A stretch of 64,000 bases of DNA from Elusimicrobiota bacterium. Its GTDB lineage: Bacteria > Elusimicrobiota > Elusimicrobia > UBA1565. Below are positions 16,980 through 25,213 of this stretch, piece by piece. The position numbers were made by a program, and so were the translations under genes. Below the pieces are notes generated by a model. The model saw nothing but the letters and a program-made list of their open reading frames with translations. It was not told the origin of the DNA and did not search any database. The stretch spans positions 9,364 to 73,363 of the forward strand of contig JBAZKS010000020.1 in the NCBI GenBank assembly GCA_041650695.1, written 5' to 3'. The first letter of the stretch is position 1; each line of letters opens with the position of its first letter.

Positions 16980-17695
16980 TCTCCTGGCTGCGCCGCAACC
17001 GCCAACCCTTCATCATCACGCTCGTCCTGGTCTTCATCATCAGCATCTTCGTGGGCCTGGGCGGCTACTACCTCTCCGGCGCCAACGTGGCCGAGGCCGT
17101 GGCCATGGTGGACGGAGTCAAGATCCCCTACCTGCGCTTCCTCACCCGCATGGAGCAGTACGCGGAGGTCCTCCGCTCCAGGGGAGGCGAGCTTACTCCG
17201 GAGATGGAGAAAGAGGTCAAGGGCGAGCTGCTGCGCGAGATGATCGTCGAAGAGATCCTGGCCACGCAGGCCGAGAAGATGGGCATGCGCGTCAGCGACC
17301 GGGAGCTCGCGTTCTCCATCGAGGGCACTCCCGCCTTCCAGCAGGACGGCCGCTTCTACCAGGAACTCTATTTCCGGGCCGTGCGCTACCAGTTGAAGAC
17401 CACCCCGGAGCAGTTCGAGCGGCAAAGGCGCCGGGAGCTCCTGAGCAATCGCCTGAAGGCCCTGATGTTCCGGGCCGCGAAGGTCGTCCCCTCGGAGGGG
17501 GAGTTCGAGTATCAGCAGTATCTGCGGACCTACAGCGGCGCGAACGCGGCCAAGGAGCCGCCCAAGGAGAAGGCCCAGGTCCTGGCCGAGCTCCGCCAGC
17601 GCCGCGCGGTGGACACCATCAACTTCTTCCTGCGGCAATTCTCCAGCCAGGCCGATATCCGGACTTTCCTGGATCAGCGGGAGCGCGGGCTATGA
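16976..17695 (+). CDS. PpiD/SurA N-terminal-domain protein (membrane-anchored chaperone-like, no PPIase domain)
   Basis: ATGA overlap with the bactofilin stop. The N-terminal TM (FIITLVLVFIISIFVGLGGYYL) and following segment (AVAMVDGVKIPYLRF...ELLREMIVEEILATQAEKMGMRVSDRELAFSIEGTPAFQQDGRF) match the PpiD N-terminal layout by hand alignment. Confidence 0.6.
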   Translation: MISWLRRNRQPFIITLVLVFIISIFVGLGGYYLSGANVAEAVAMVDGVKIPYLRFLTRMEQYAEVLRSRGGELTPEMEKEVKGELLREMIVEEILATQAEKMGMRVSDRELAFSIEGTPAFQQDGRFYQELYFRAVRYQLKTTPEQFERQRRRELLSNRLKALMFRAAKVVPSEGEFEYQQYLRTYSGANAAKEPPKEKAQVLAELRQRRAVDTINFFLRQFSSQADIRTFLDQRERGL

Positions 17696-18615
17696 ACGGC
17701 ATCCTGGTCGTCGGCTCCGTGGCCCTGGATTCGGTCAAGACCCCCGAGGGCGAGACCCATGAGGCCCTCGGCGGCTCCGCGGTCTACTTCTCCCTGGCGG
17801 CGCGGCATTTCGCGCCGGTGCGGGTCGTGGGCGTGGTGGGCGCGGATTTCCCGGACAAGCACCGGAAGATGCTCGTGGACCGCGGGGTGGACGTCGCGGG
17901 CCTGCAGGTCCTCCCCGGAAAAACCTTTCGCTGGGCCGGCCGCTTCGGCAAGGACTACAACCGGGCCCGCACCCTCTCCACCGAGCTCAATGTGTTCGAG
18001 AAGTTCGACCCGATGCTCAGCGAGGAGCAGAAGGCCTGCCCGGTGGTGTTCCTGGCCAACATCGACCCGGACCTGCAGCGGAACGTGCTCTCCCAGATGG
18101 CCGGGCCGCGCCTGGTGGCCTGCGACACGATGAACTACTGGATCGGGTCCAAGAAGCCGGCCATCAAGAAGCTGCTCAGCCGGGTGGACATCCTCATCGT
18201 CAACGAGGAGGAGGCCCGCAAGCTCACGCGCGAGCCCAGCAACGTCCGGGCGGCACGCTGTCTCTCGGAGTGGGGTCCCGGCGTCGTGGTGGTCAAGAAA
18301 GGGGAGCACGGGTCCCTGCTCTTCGCCCACGGGCGCATCTACCCGTTCCCGGCCTACCCCATCGAGTTCGTCAAGGATCCGACGGGCGCGGGCGACAGCT
18401 TCGCCGGGGGCTTCGTCGGGTACATCTCCACCGCGCTCGACAAGTGGAGCCATGTGGAGCACTTGAAGCGCGCCCTGGCCTATGGGACCGTCATGGCCTC
18501 CTTCAACGTCTCGGACTTCAGCACGCGCCTGCTCGACTCCCTGACGCGTCAGGCGCTCGACGAGCGGGCGAGGCTGTATTGGGAGATGCTGAGCGTCCCG
18601 TCCGGCGTGCTCTGA
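17692..18615 (+). CDS. PfkB-family sugar/nucleoside kinase
   Basis: ATGA overlap with the previous stop. The N-terminus is ILVVGSVALD, with GGSAVY and the ATP-site motif DPTGAGDSFAGGF. The substrate cannot be inferred. Confidence 0.85.
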   Translation: MNGILVVGSVALDSVKTPEGETHEALGGSAVYFSLAARHFAPVRVVGVVGADFPDKHRKMLVDRGVDVAGLQVLPGKTFRWAGRFGKDYNRARTLSTELNVFEKFDPMLSEEQKACPVVFLANIDPDLQRNVLSQMAGPRLVACDTMNYWIGSKKPAIKKLLSRVDILIVNEEEARKLTREPSNVRAARCLSEWGPGVVVVKKGEHGSLLFAHGRIYPFPAYPIEFVKDPTGAGDSFAGGFVGYISTALDKWSHVEHLKRALAYGTVMASFNVSDFSTRLLDSLTRQALDERARLYWEMLSVPSGVL

Positions 18616-18618
18616 GCC

Positions 18619-19371
18619 TTGATCGAACTCTGCGGACTCACCAAGCGCTTCGGCGACCTGCTCGCCGTGGACTCCCTGACCCTGCGCGTGCGCCCCGGGG
18701 AGATATTCGGCTTCCTCGGGCCCAACGGCGCGGGCAAGACCACGACCGTGCGCATGCTCTCGGGGCTGCTGCAGCCGAGCGCGGGGACGGCCCGCATCTG
18801 CGGCTTCGACATCGTGACGCAGCCTCTGGAGGCGAAGCGGGTCCTCGGGTTGGTCCCGGACGAGCCTTTCGTCTATCCCAAGCTGACGGGCGCGGAGTTC
18901 CTGCGCTTCGTGGGAGACCTCTACGGAGTGCCCCACCCGGCCCAGCGGCGCCGCATCCCCGAACTCCTGGAGATGTTCGAGCTCTCCGGCTGGGGGGGCG
19001 AACTCGTGGACTCTTACTCGCACGGCATGCGGCAGAAGCTCGTGCTGGCCGGCATCCTGCTCCACGAGCCCAAGGCCCTGCTCTTGGACGAGCCCCTCGT
19101 GGGCTTGGACCCCAAGAGCGGCAAGCTGGCCAAGGAGATCCTCAAGCGGCTCGCGGGCCGGGGCTGCGCCATCTTCATGTGCACCCATGTGCTCGAGATC
19201 GCCGAGCGCCTCTGCGACCGCATCGGGATCCAGTGCGAGGGGAGGCTCCTGGCGCAGGGGAGCCTGGAGGAGCTGCGCGGGCATGGCGGTTCCGACGGCG
19301 CGCCTCTGGAGGACATCTTCCTGGCGCTCACGGGCGGGCAGCAGTATGCGGAGCTCCTTAAGCACCTTTAG
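18619..19371 (+). CDS. ABC transporter ATP-binding protein (ABC-2 type)
   Basis: TTG start. Walker A GPNGAGKTT, signature variant YSHGMRQKL, Walker B LLLDEP. Confidence 0.92.
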   Translation: MIELCGLTKRFGDLLAVDSLTLRVRPGEIFGFLGPNGAGKTTTVRMLSGLLQPSAGTARICGFDIVTQPLEAKRVLGLVPDEPFVYPKLTGAEFLRFVGDLYGVPHPAQRRRIPELLEMFELSGWGGELVDSYSHGMRQKLVLAGILLHEPKALLLDEPLVGLDPKSGKLAKEILKRLAGRGCAIFMCTHVLEIAERLCDRIGIQCEGRLLAQGSLEELRGHGGSDGAPLEDIFLALTGGQQYAELLKHL

Positions 19372-21031
19372 CCTGCTGCAGCGGCGCCGGGTGCGTTCGG
19401 GCCTGAACCGCATCCGGACCCAAACTCCCTGGGAATGGGCCCGCAACGGCGCGTTCATCCTCGTCGGACTCTGGATGCTCTCGGGCCTTCACTACGGCTT
19501 CTGGCGCCTGCTGAGCTACCTCGACGGCGTGGAGCTCATCGGCGGTCTCCTCATCTGGAAGCTCACGGCGATGACCCTTCTGACCACCTTCTCCATGGTG
19601 GCGCTCTCGAGCCTCATCATCGCTCTGACCACCCTGTTCTACTCCTCGGACCTGAAGTTCCTGCTGCGCTCCCCGGTCGGGATCCGGACCGCGTTCGCGG
19701 ACAAGGCCTTGGAGGCGGTCTTCTTCTCGTCCTGGATGATCGTCCTGGTCGTCCTGCCCTACATGACCGCCTTGGCCCAGGTGAAGGGGTGGGGGCCGGG
19801 CTTCCACGCGGTCTTCCTGCTGCTCATGGTCCCGTTCATGGTCCTGGCCTGCTCGCTGGGCATCGCGTTCACCCTGGTCCTGCTCTACCTCTTCCCGTCC
19901 TCGCGCACCCGTGACGTCCTTTGGATCCTCTCGAGCCTTTCGGTCGCGCTCCTCTACATGCTCCTGCGCTTCTCGGAGCCGGAGCGTCTCATCCGGCCGG
20001 ACGCCCTCAGACTCGTGGCCGAGTACCTGGAGTATCTGCAGGCGCCGACCGCGCCGTACGCCCCATCCTGGTGGCTGACTCAAGCCGTCAGCTCCTACGC
20101 GCACGGCCGATGGGCCTTGTTCTGGCGGGAGGCGGGATTGCTCTGCCTCTGCGCGCTGGGTTCCTGCGCCGCCCTGCTCGCGCTCGCGGGGGTCACCTAC
20201 GCGAAGGGCTACTCCGGGGCGCAGGAAAGCCGCCGGCAGCGCCGTCCCATCGACATCCCCCCCGGGCTGGAGCACCGTCTGGCCGCGGGCTCGCCGGTCC
20301 TCGCGTCGCTCTACTGGAAGGAGCGCAAGACCTTCTTCCGCGACGTCAAGCACTGGTCGCAGATCGTGCTCGTGGCGGCGCTCTGCGGGGTCTACCTGTT
20401 CAGCATCCACCGCCTGCCGCTCGACACCCCGGACCTCAAGAGCCTGGTGTGCTTCATCAACATCGGCATCGCGGGCTTCGTGCTCTCCTCGCTGGGCCTG
20501 CGCTTCACCTTCCCCTCCATCAGCCTCGAGGGCCGCTCCTTCTGGGTGGTGCGCAGCGCTCCTCTCGGGCTCGAGACCCTGATGCTCGAGAAGTTTCTGT
20601 TCTCCCTGGTCCCGATGCTGCTCTTGGCCACGCTCCTCATCGCCGCGTCCAACCACCTGCTGCGGGCCGACCGCTTCATCTCCTGGCTCTCGATCGGCAC
20701 GATCTGGCTGCTGACCTGGACGCTCTGCGGCATGGGAGTCGGCTTCGGCGCCGTCTTCCCGCGCTTCAAGGTCGAGAACATCCATCAGGTGGAATCCTCG
20801 GCCGGCGGCTTCGCGTACATGGCCTGCGCCCTTGCCCTTGTGGCGGTGACCGTCGCCGCGGAGGCGTGGCCGGTCAAGATGCACTTCCAGGCGCGCTTCG
20901 GCCGCGCGGACGCCTGGGACTGGGATTGGGTGGCCGCCTGCGCCGCCTCCCTCGTGCTCGTCAACGCGGCCGGCTTCATCCTGCCCTGGATGCTCGGGCG
21001 CAGGTGCCTGCAGCGCTACGAAGGGGAGTAG
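19346..21031 (+). CDS. Polytopic ABC-exporter permease-like membrane protein
   Basis: ATG 19346 overlaps the ATPase gene by 26 nt; track ORF 19187 extends spuriously upstream. Multiple hydrophobic helices run throughout. No catalytic motif is expected. Confidence 0.6.
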   Translation: MRSSLSTFSLLQRRRVRSGLNRIRTQTPWEWARNGAFILVGLWMLSGLHYGFWRLLSYLDGVELIGGLLIWKLTAMTLLTTFSMVALSSLIIALTTLFYSSDLKFLLRSPVGIRTAFADKALEAVFFSSWMIVLVVLPYMTALAQVKGWGPGFHAVFLLLMVPFMVLACSLGIAFTLVLLYLFPSSRTRDVLWILSSLSVALLYMLLRFSEPERLIRPDALRLVAEYLEYLQAPTAPYAPSWWLTQAVSSYAHGRWALFWREAGLLCLCALGSCAALLALAGVTYAKGYSGAQESRRQRRPIDIPPGLEHRLAAGSPVLASLYWKERKTFFRDVKHWSQIVLVAALCGVYLFSIHRLPLDTPDLKSLVCFINIGIAGFVLSSLGLRFTFPSISLEGRSFWVVRSAPLGLETLMLEKFLFSLVPMLLLATLLIAASNHLLRADRFISWLSIGTIWLLTWTLCGMGVGFGAVFPRFKVENIHQVESSAGGFAYMACALALVAVTVAAEAWPVKMHFQARFGRADAWDWDWVAACAASLVLVNAAGFILPWMLGRRCLQRYEGE

Positions 21032-21035
21032 CCCC

Positions 21036-23174
21036 TTAGAGCCTGTTGAACAGCTCCAGCGGGTCGTTCAGCCTTTCCTCCGGATCCGATTCCAGCGCGG
21101 AGTCCAGCAGCGCGTCCACGCTCGGGGCGAGTCCGAAGCGTCCGGCCAGCGGGAGCCGCTCGGGCTTGGGCGCCTCGCCCGAGAGCATCTCGTAGAGGCA
21201 GGCGGCGAGGGAGTAGACGTCGGAGGCCGGCAGATAGGTGTTCTTGAGCGTCTCCGGCGCGCGATAGGGCTGCGTCTCGGGCCTGGGACGCGGGAAGTCG
21301 AACGGCGAGAACCCCGTGAGCTTGGCGATGGCGCGGTCCGTGATGAGGATGCAGTCCGGGCCCAGGCAGCGGTGCGTGATCCCGCTCGAGTGCGCGAACG
21401 CGAGCGCGTGGCCGACGCCTCCTACGACGGCCTTGGCTTGCGGCAGGCCCAGACGGCCGTGGCGCGACAGCATCTGCCGCAGGGTCATCGAGGGGGCCCG
21501 TTCGAACACCCAGAAGTAGCCCCGCGGCGTATCCAGGAATTCGTAGAACTCCAGGATATGGGGGTGGTGGAGCGCGGCCAGGGCCTGGGCCTCCTTGCGG
21601 AAGAGCCCGGCGTCCCCCTGCTCTTTGGACGCCTGGCGGATGAGGACGGACCTGCCGAGCGTGACGTCCGAGGCTTCCCAGGTGCAGCCCCGGTCGTCCT
21701 CGGCCATCCGGCGCCCCATCCGATATTTATTGGCGATCAGCGCGCCCGGGACCACGGCGGGGGGCACGACGGTCTCCCCCTTCGGGCGAGGAGTACGGCT
21801 GCCCTCCGGGGACCGCGGCATCGGAGCCGCGGTCTTCCTCCGGCGCGTCCACAAGAATCCGGCCAGGGCCATGAACACGAGCGAGACCCCGATGCCGATG
21901 AAGGGATTGCCGCGCCGGACCGGGACCAGCGCGAGGGCTTCCAGGAGCGCTTCGGAGTCCGCGTCGCCCGGGTCGAAGAGCCGGGACCCGGACTTGGCCA
22001 GCGCGAGATGGGCGCCGTAGCGCTGAGGGTCGAGCTCCGCGGCGCGCTCGAGGTCCCGCAGCATGCCCTTGCGGTCGTTCAGGTTCTCGCGCGCGAAGGC
22101 CCGCAGCAGGTAGGCCTGCGGGTCGTCGGGAGTGAGGAGGATGAGCGCGTTCGCGTTGGCCTCGGCCTCCTTGTACTTCTTCTGGTGGAGCTGGGCCCAG
22201 ATGAGGCTCTTGAGAGCGTCCGGATCGTTGGGCCGGAGGGCGAGGGCTCGCCGCGCGGCGCCTTCCGCCTCGGAGAAGCGGCGCAGCTTGTTCAGGGCCT
22301 GCGCTTTCATGAGCCAGGCCACGGCGTCCTTGGGATTCGCGGCGACGGCTTTCTCCGCCTGCCGGAGCGCGGTCTGGGGGTCCGCTCTGACGTTCCTGGG
22401 GACCGCGGGCGAAGTCCGCGGCGCGGAGTCCCCGCGCTGGGGAGAGATGAGGATGGCCTTGTCCGTGATGCCGGCCGCGGAGCTCGAGCCCTGCTGCCCC
22501 GGTCCGGCAGATGAGAACGACCTCGGGACCTTGGCGAGCTGGCCGGTCCCAGGAGCCGCTTTCTCGGCGCCCCAATCCTTCTGCAGGGTCTGGTCCAGGA
22601 GCTGGTCCCCGAGCTTGCCGATCAGCTGGGTGCTCTCCACCATGCCGCCCAGACCCCCCTTGCCCGAGGAGAGCTCCTTGCTGAGGTTGCGCATCCGCTC
22701 CAGGGACTTCTGCGGGTCCGCGTTCGGCTCGAGCGCGTCCTGGACCTCGCTCGGCGGGGAGTAGGCCAGGCGTTCCTTCCAGAAGCCGACCTGATCCGCC
22801 TTGTAGTACGAACCCGCGATGTCCTTGAACTCCTCTTCGGCGGCCAGGTATTCCTTGGCCACGGCCTTGGATTCAGCGTCCTTCTGGTCCGCCAGGGCGG
22901 TCGCCGCCTTGTATCGCTGGCGCAGGGAGAGCGCGTCGTCCTTCGCGTTCCTGCGCACGAAGCCGAACAGGGCGGTCTTGGAGCGGAACAGCTTCCATTG
23001 GAGGGATTCGTTGACGCGCGAGGTCTCGCTCTGCGCGTCCTGGTATTGGCCGTAGGAGTGGTTCAGGTCGTAGTCCGCGGTCTTGACCCGGCGCAGGGCC
23101 TGGTCGTACTCGGCGGAAGCGGACAGCGCGGGGCGAGGGATGAGGACGAGCAGCGAGAGCAGGAGAGCGTTCAT
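21036..23174 (-). CDS. Receptor-topology Ser/Thr pseudokinase (signal peptide, coiled/TPR ectodomain, TM, degenerate kinase domain)
   Basis: Signal peptide MNALLLSLLVLIPRPALSASA, TPR repeats (AVAWLMKAQALNKLRRFSEAEGAARRALALRPNDPDAL...) and a TM (FIGIGVSLVFMALAGFLW) are present. The kinase fold aligns to the two paralogues, but G-loop=AEDDRG, VAIK=VLIR, HRDLKPSN=HRCLGPDC and DFG=TGF. APE is retained. Confidence 0.85.
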   Translation of the reverse strand: MNALLLSLLVLIPRPALSASAEYDQALRRVKTADYDLNHSYGQYQDAQSETSRVNESLQWKLFRSKTALFGFVRRNAKDDALSLRQRYKAATALADQKDAESKAVAKEYLAAEEEFKDIAGSYYKADQVGFWKERLAYSPPSEVQDALEPNADPQKSLERMRNLSKELSSGKGGLGGMVESTQLIGKLGDQLLDQTLQKDWGAEKAAPGTGQLAKVPRSFSSAGPGQQGSSSAAGITDKAILISPQRGDSAPRTSPAVPRNVRADPQTALRQAEKAVAANPKDAVAWLMKAQALNKLRRFSEAEGAARRALALRPNDPDALKSLIWAQLHQKKYKEAEANANALILLTPDDPQAYLLRAFARENLNDRKGMLRDLERAAELDPQRYGAHLALAKSGSRLFDPGDADSEALLEALALVPVRRGNPFIGIGVSLVFMALAGFLWTRRRKTAAPMPRSPEGSRTPRPKGETVVPPAVVPGALIANKYRMGRRMAEDDRGCTWEASDVTLGRSVLIRQASKEQGDAGLFRKEAQALAALHHPHILEFYEFLDTPRGYFWVFERAPSMTLRQMLSRHGRLGLPQAKAVVGGVGHALAFAHSSGITHRCLGPDCILITDRAIAKLTGFSPFDFPRPRPETQPYRAPETLKNTYLPASDVYSLAACLYEMLSGEAPKPERLPLAGRFGLAPSVDALLDSALESDPEERLNDPLELFNRL

Positions 23175-23184
23175 CTGAGAACCT

Positions 23185-23269
23185 TGCCGGCGGAGGGACT
23201 TGAACCCCCATGGTACCGAGTACCGCGCGATTTTGAGTCGCGTGCGTCTGCCAATTCCGCCACGCCGGC
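23185..23269 (-). tRNA. tRNA-Leu (anticodon CAA)
   Basis: The reverse complement GCCGGCGTGGCGGAATTGGCAGACGCACGCGACTCAAAATCGCGCGGTACTCGGTACCATGGGGGTTCAAGTCCCTCCGCCGGCA has a 7-bp acceptor stem, anticodon stem CGCGA/TCGCG with loop CTCAAAA, a long variable arm and a TTCAAGT T-loop. CCA is not encoded. Confidence 0.93.
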
Positions 23270-23451
23270 GTGAAAGCGGTAGCTTTCAGGCACTTGCGCC
23301 ATATGGGAATGTGTTGGCGCAATGTGCGAGCAACTACCGTATTGGGGATTACAGCACTTTTCGATGGTGGACTGGAATACTGGATTGCGGACCTTGGATT
23401 ATCATATAGTCGAGCCAGATAGCACAGCCGCACCGAATCAAGGAGATCATC

Positions 23452-23955
23452 ATGCGCGCGATTCTGGCCGTCGTCATCGCACTCGCTGCCGTCATCCCCG
23501 CGGTCGTGTCCGCAGCCGACGCTCCCGCCGTCCAGGTGACCGTCACCAAGCCGGACCTCGACTTCGGCGACCTGCTCAAGAACCTCAACGTCGAGGCTCA
23601 GGCCGACTTCGGCAAGTTCGTCGGCAAGCTGAGCGCCCAGTTCGGGCACCCCGCGGAGAAGGTGGAGGCCGTCATCAAATCCGTCGACAACCCCGGCGAC
23701 GCCTACATGGCTCTGAAGATCGCGGAGACCACGAAGAAGCCGGTCGACGACGTGGTCAAGGAGTATTCCGCCAACAAGGGCAAGGGCTGGGGCGCGATCG
23801 CCAAGAACCTCGGCATCAAGCCGGGCTCCAAGGAATTCAAGGCTCTCAAGGCCGAGGGCAAAGGCAAGGGCGAGGAGAAGGCGAAGGGCGGGAAGGACAA
23901 GGCCAAGGGCGGGAAGGACAAGGCCAAGGGCGGAAAGGGCAAGGGCAAGAAGTAG
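23452..23955 (+). CDS. Secreted hypothetical protein with Lys/Gly-rich repeat tail
   Basis: AAGGAGA SD. Signal peptide MRAILAVVIALAAVIPAVVSAADA. The C-terminus is KAKGGKDKAKGGKDKAKGGKGKGKK. No recognisable catalytic motif. Confidence 0.7.
   Translation: MRAILAVVIALAAVIPAVVSAADAPAVQVTVTKPDLDFGDLLKNLNVEAQADFGKFVGKLSAQFGHPAEKVEAVIKSVDNPGDAYMALKIAETTKKPVDDVVKEYSANKGKGWGAIAKNLGIKPGSKEFKALKAEGKGKGEEKAKGGKDKAKGGKDKAKGGKGKGKK
23878..23940 (+). repeat. Tandem 21-bp coding repeat (three units, KAKGGKD/KAKGGKD/KAKGGKG)
   Basis: The unit aag-gcS-aag-ggc-ggR-aag-gRc is repeated three times in frame at the 3' end of the preceding CDS. Confidence 0.85.
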
Positions 23956-23985
23956 AACGGCAGCGCGATCGGACCTCTCCGGCGG

Positions 23986-24528
23986 ATGAACGAAGACGAC
24001 CGGACCCTGGTGGACCAGGTCCTGTCCGGAGAGACCGACGCTTTCGCCGGTCTCGTCCGCAGGCATCACGCCAGGATCATGGGCCTGTGCGTCTCCATGC
24101 TCGGAGACCGCACCCGGGCCGAGGACGCGTCTCAGGAGGTCTTCCTCAAGGCTTTCAAGTCTTTAGAGGACTTCCGAGGCGCGTCCTCGTTCGGCACCTG
24201 GCTGCACCGCATCGCGGTCAACCGCTGTCTGGACCTGATGCGCAGGCAGAAGCGGCAGACTGCGGAGCCCCTCGACGCCATTCCGGAGCGCGAGGCTCCG
24301 CAGGGGGACGGCTCCCTTGAAGACGCGGACCTGGTCCGGCGTCTGCTCGACTCCCTGTCCCCCGACTACAGGGCCATCCTGACCCTGCGGGAGCTGCAGG
24401 GCTTGGGCTACAAGGAGATCATGGAGGTCCTGGGCATCTCCATGGACGCGGTCAAAGCCCGCCTGCGCAGGGCTCGCCAGAGCCTGCTGGAAAGCGCGCG
24501 ACACATTTCGACACCCGACAGCGTCTAA
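23986..24528 (+). CDS. ECF (sigma-70 group 4) RNA polymerase sigma factor
   Basis: Region 2 (ARIMGLCVSMLGDRTRAEDASQEVFLKAFKSLEDFRG..FGTWLHRIAVNRCLD) and region 4 HTH (YRAILTLRELQGLGYKEIMEVLGISMDAVKARLRRAR) are both present. Confidence 0.93.
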   Translation: MNEDDRTLVDQVLSGETDAFAGLVRRHHARIMGLCVSMLGDRTRAEDASQEVFLKAFKSLEDFRGASSFGTWLHRIAVNRCLDLMRRQKRQTAEPLDAIPEREAPQGDGSLEDADLVRRLLDSLSPDYRAILTLRELQGLGYKEIMEVLGISMDAVKARLRRARQSLLESARHISTPDSV

Positions 24529-24548
24529 TCCTCAAGCAGGGAGCCCTT

Positions 24549-24839
24549 ATGGATGAATTCAAACAATGGCGTCGTCTGAGCCGCGTCCTCTTTCGCCGGC
24601 CGGATCCGCCCACACGGACCGAGACCGAGTTTTTCGTAAGCCGGGTCATGCAGAGGCTGCCGTCCGAGGAGCCGGCTTTCCGTTGGTTCGCCCCGGCTCT
24701 GGCTTTCTCGTTCGCGGCCTTCGCGCTGTCGTTCGTCCCGGTCCGCCGGGACCCGTTCCTGCAGGACGCGCAGGAGGCCGAACTCGCGGAATGGGTCTCG
24801 CTGCAGGAACCCGGGCTCCCCATCACGGAGGAAGAATGA
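24549..24839 (+). CDS. Putative anti-sigma factor (small single-pass membrane protein)
   Basis: It lies immediately downstream of the ECF sigma gene, with a GGGAG SD and one TM (WFAPALAFSFAAFALSFV). It lacks a zinc-binding HxxxCxxC motif, so the call rests on position only. Confidence 0.45.
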   Translation: MDEFKQWRRLSRVLFRRPDPPTRTETEFFVSRVMQRLPSEEPAFRWFAPALAFSFAAFALSFVPVRRDPFLQDAQEAELAEWVSLQEPGLPITEEE

Positions 24840-25213
24840 GGATCTGCTGGAAACAAGTCATCCCCGTATTCGTCTTGGGCCTGGTCTTGGGCGCGGCCAT
24901 GGGCTCCTGGTGCCACAGGGCCATGTTCCGGAAGCTCATGAAGGGCGGGCCGAACTCCGAATGGATGCTCAAGAAGCTCGGTCGGGACCTCGAGCTCGAC
25001 GCCGGGCAGAAGGAGGCCCTCAAGAAGGTGCTGGACGTCAAGCATGAGGAGATGCGGGCCTTCCATAAGGAGACCGGCGAGAGGTTCAGGCAGATGCGAG
25101 CTTCCTTCGAAGCGGACATCAAGAAGGTCCTGACCCCTGAGCAGCAGGCCGAGTTCGACGCCCTCTCCATCCGCTGGAAGACCCGGCACCCGGCGCCTGA
25201 GGAAAAACGGTGA
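24836..25213 (+). CDS. CpxP/Spy-family (LTXXQ-motif) periplasmic protein
   Basis: ATGA overlap with the previous stop; it lies inside track ORF 24566..25213. It has an N-terminal signal/anchor (VIPVFVLGLVLGAAMG), helical repeats with LDAGQKEAL and the LTPEQQAEF motif. Confidence 0.65.
   Translation: MRICWKQVIPVFVLGLVLGAAMGSWCHRAMFRKLMKGGPNSEWMLKKLGRDLELDAGQKEALKKVLDVKHEEMRAFHKETGERFRQMRASFEADIKKVLTPEQQAEFDALSIRWKTRHPAPEEKR

Noticed and set aside
23878-23940. Short tandem repeats considered as a possible CRISPR or minisatellite. These include the KAKGGKD repeat, and also the KPQQPR repeat around 41.7 kb and the PAPAP runs near 32.5 kb.
   Set aside because: They are in-frame coding repeats with no spacer-repeat alternation and no cas genes. 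No CRISPR array exists in the window.
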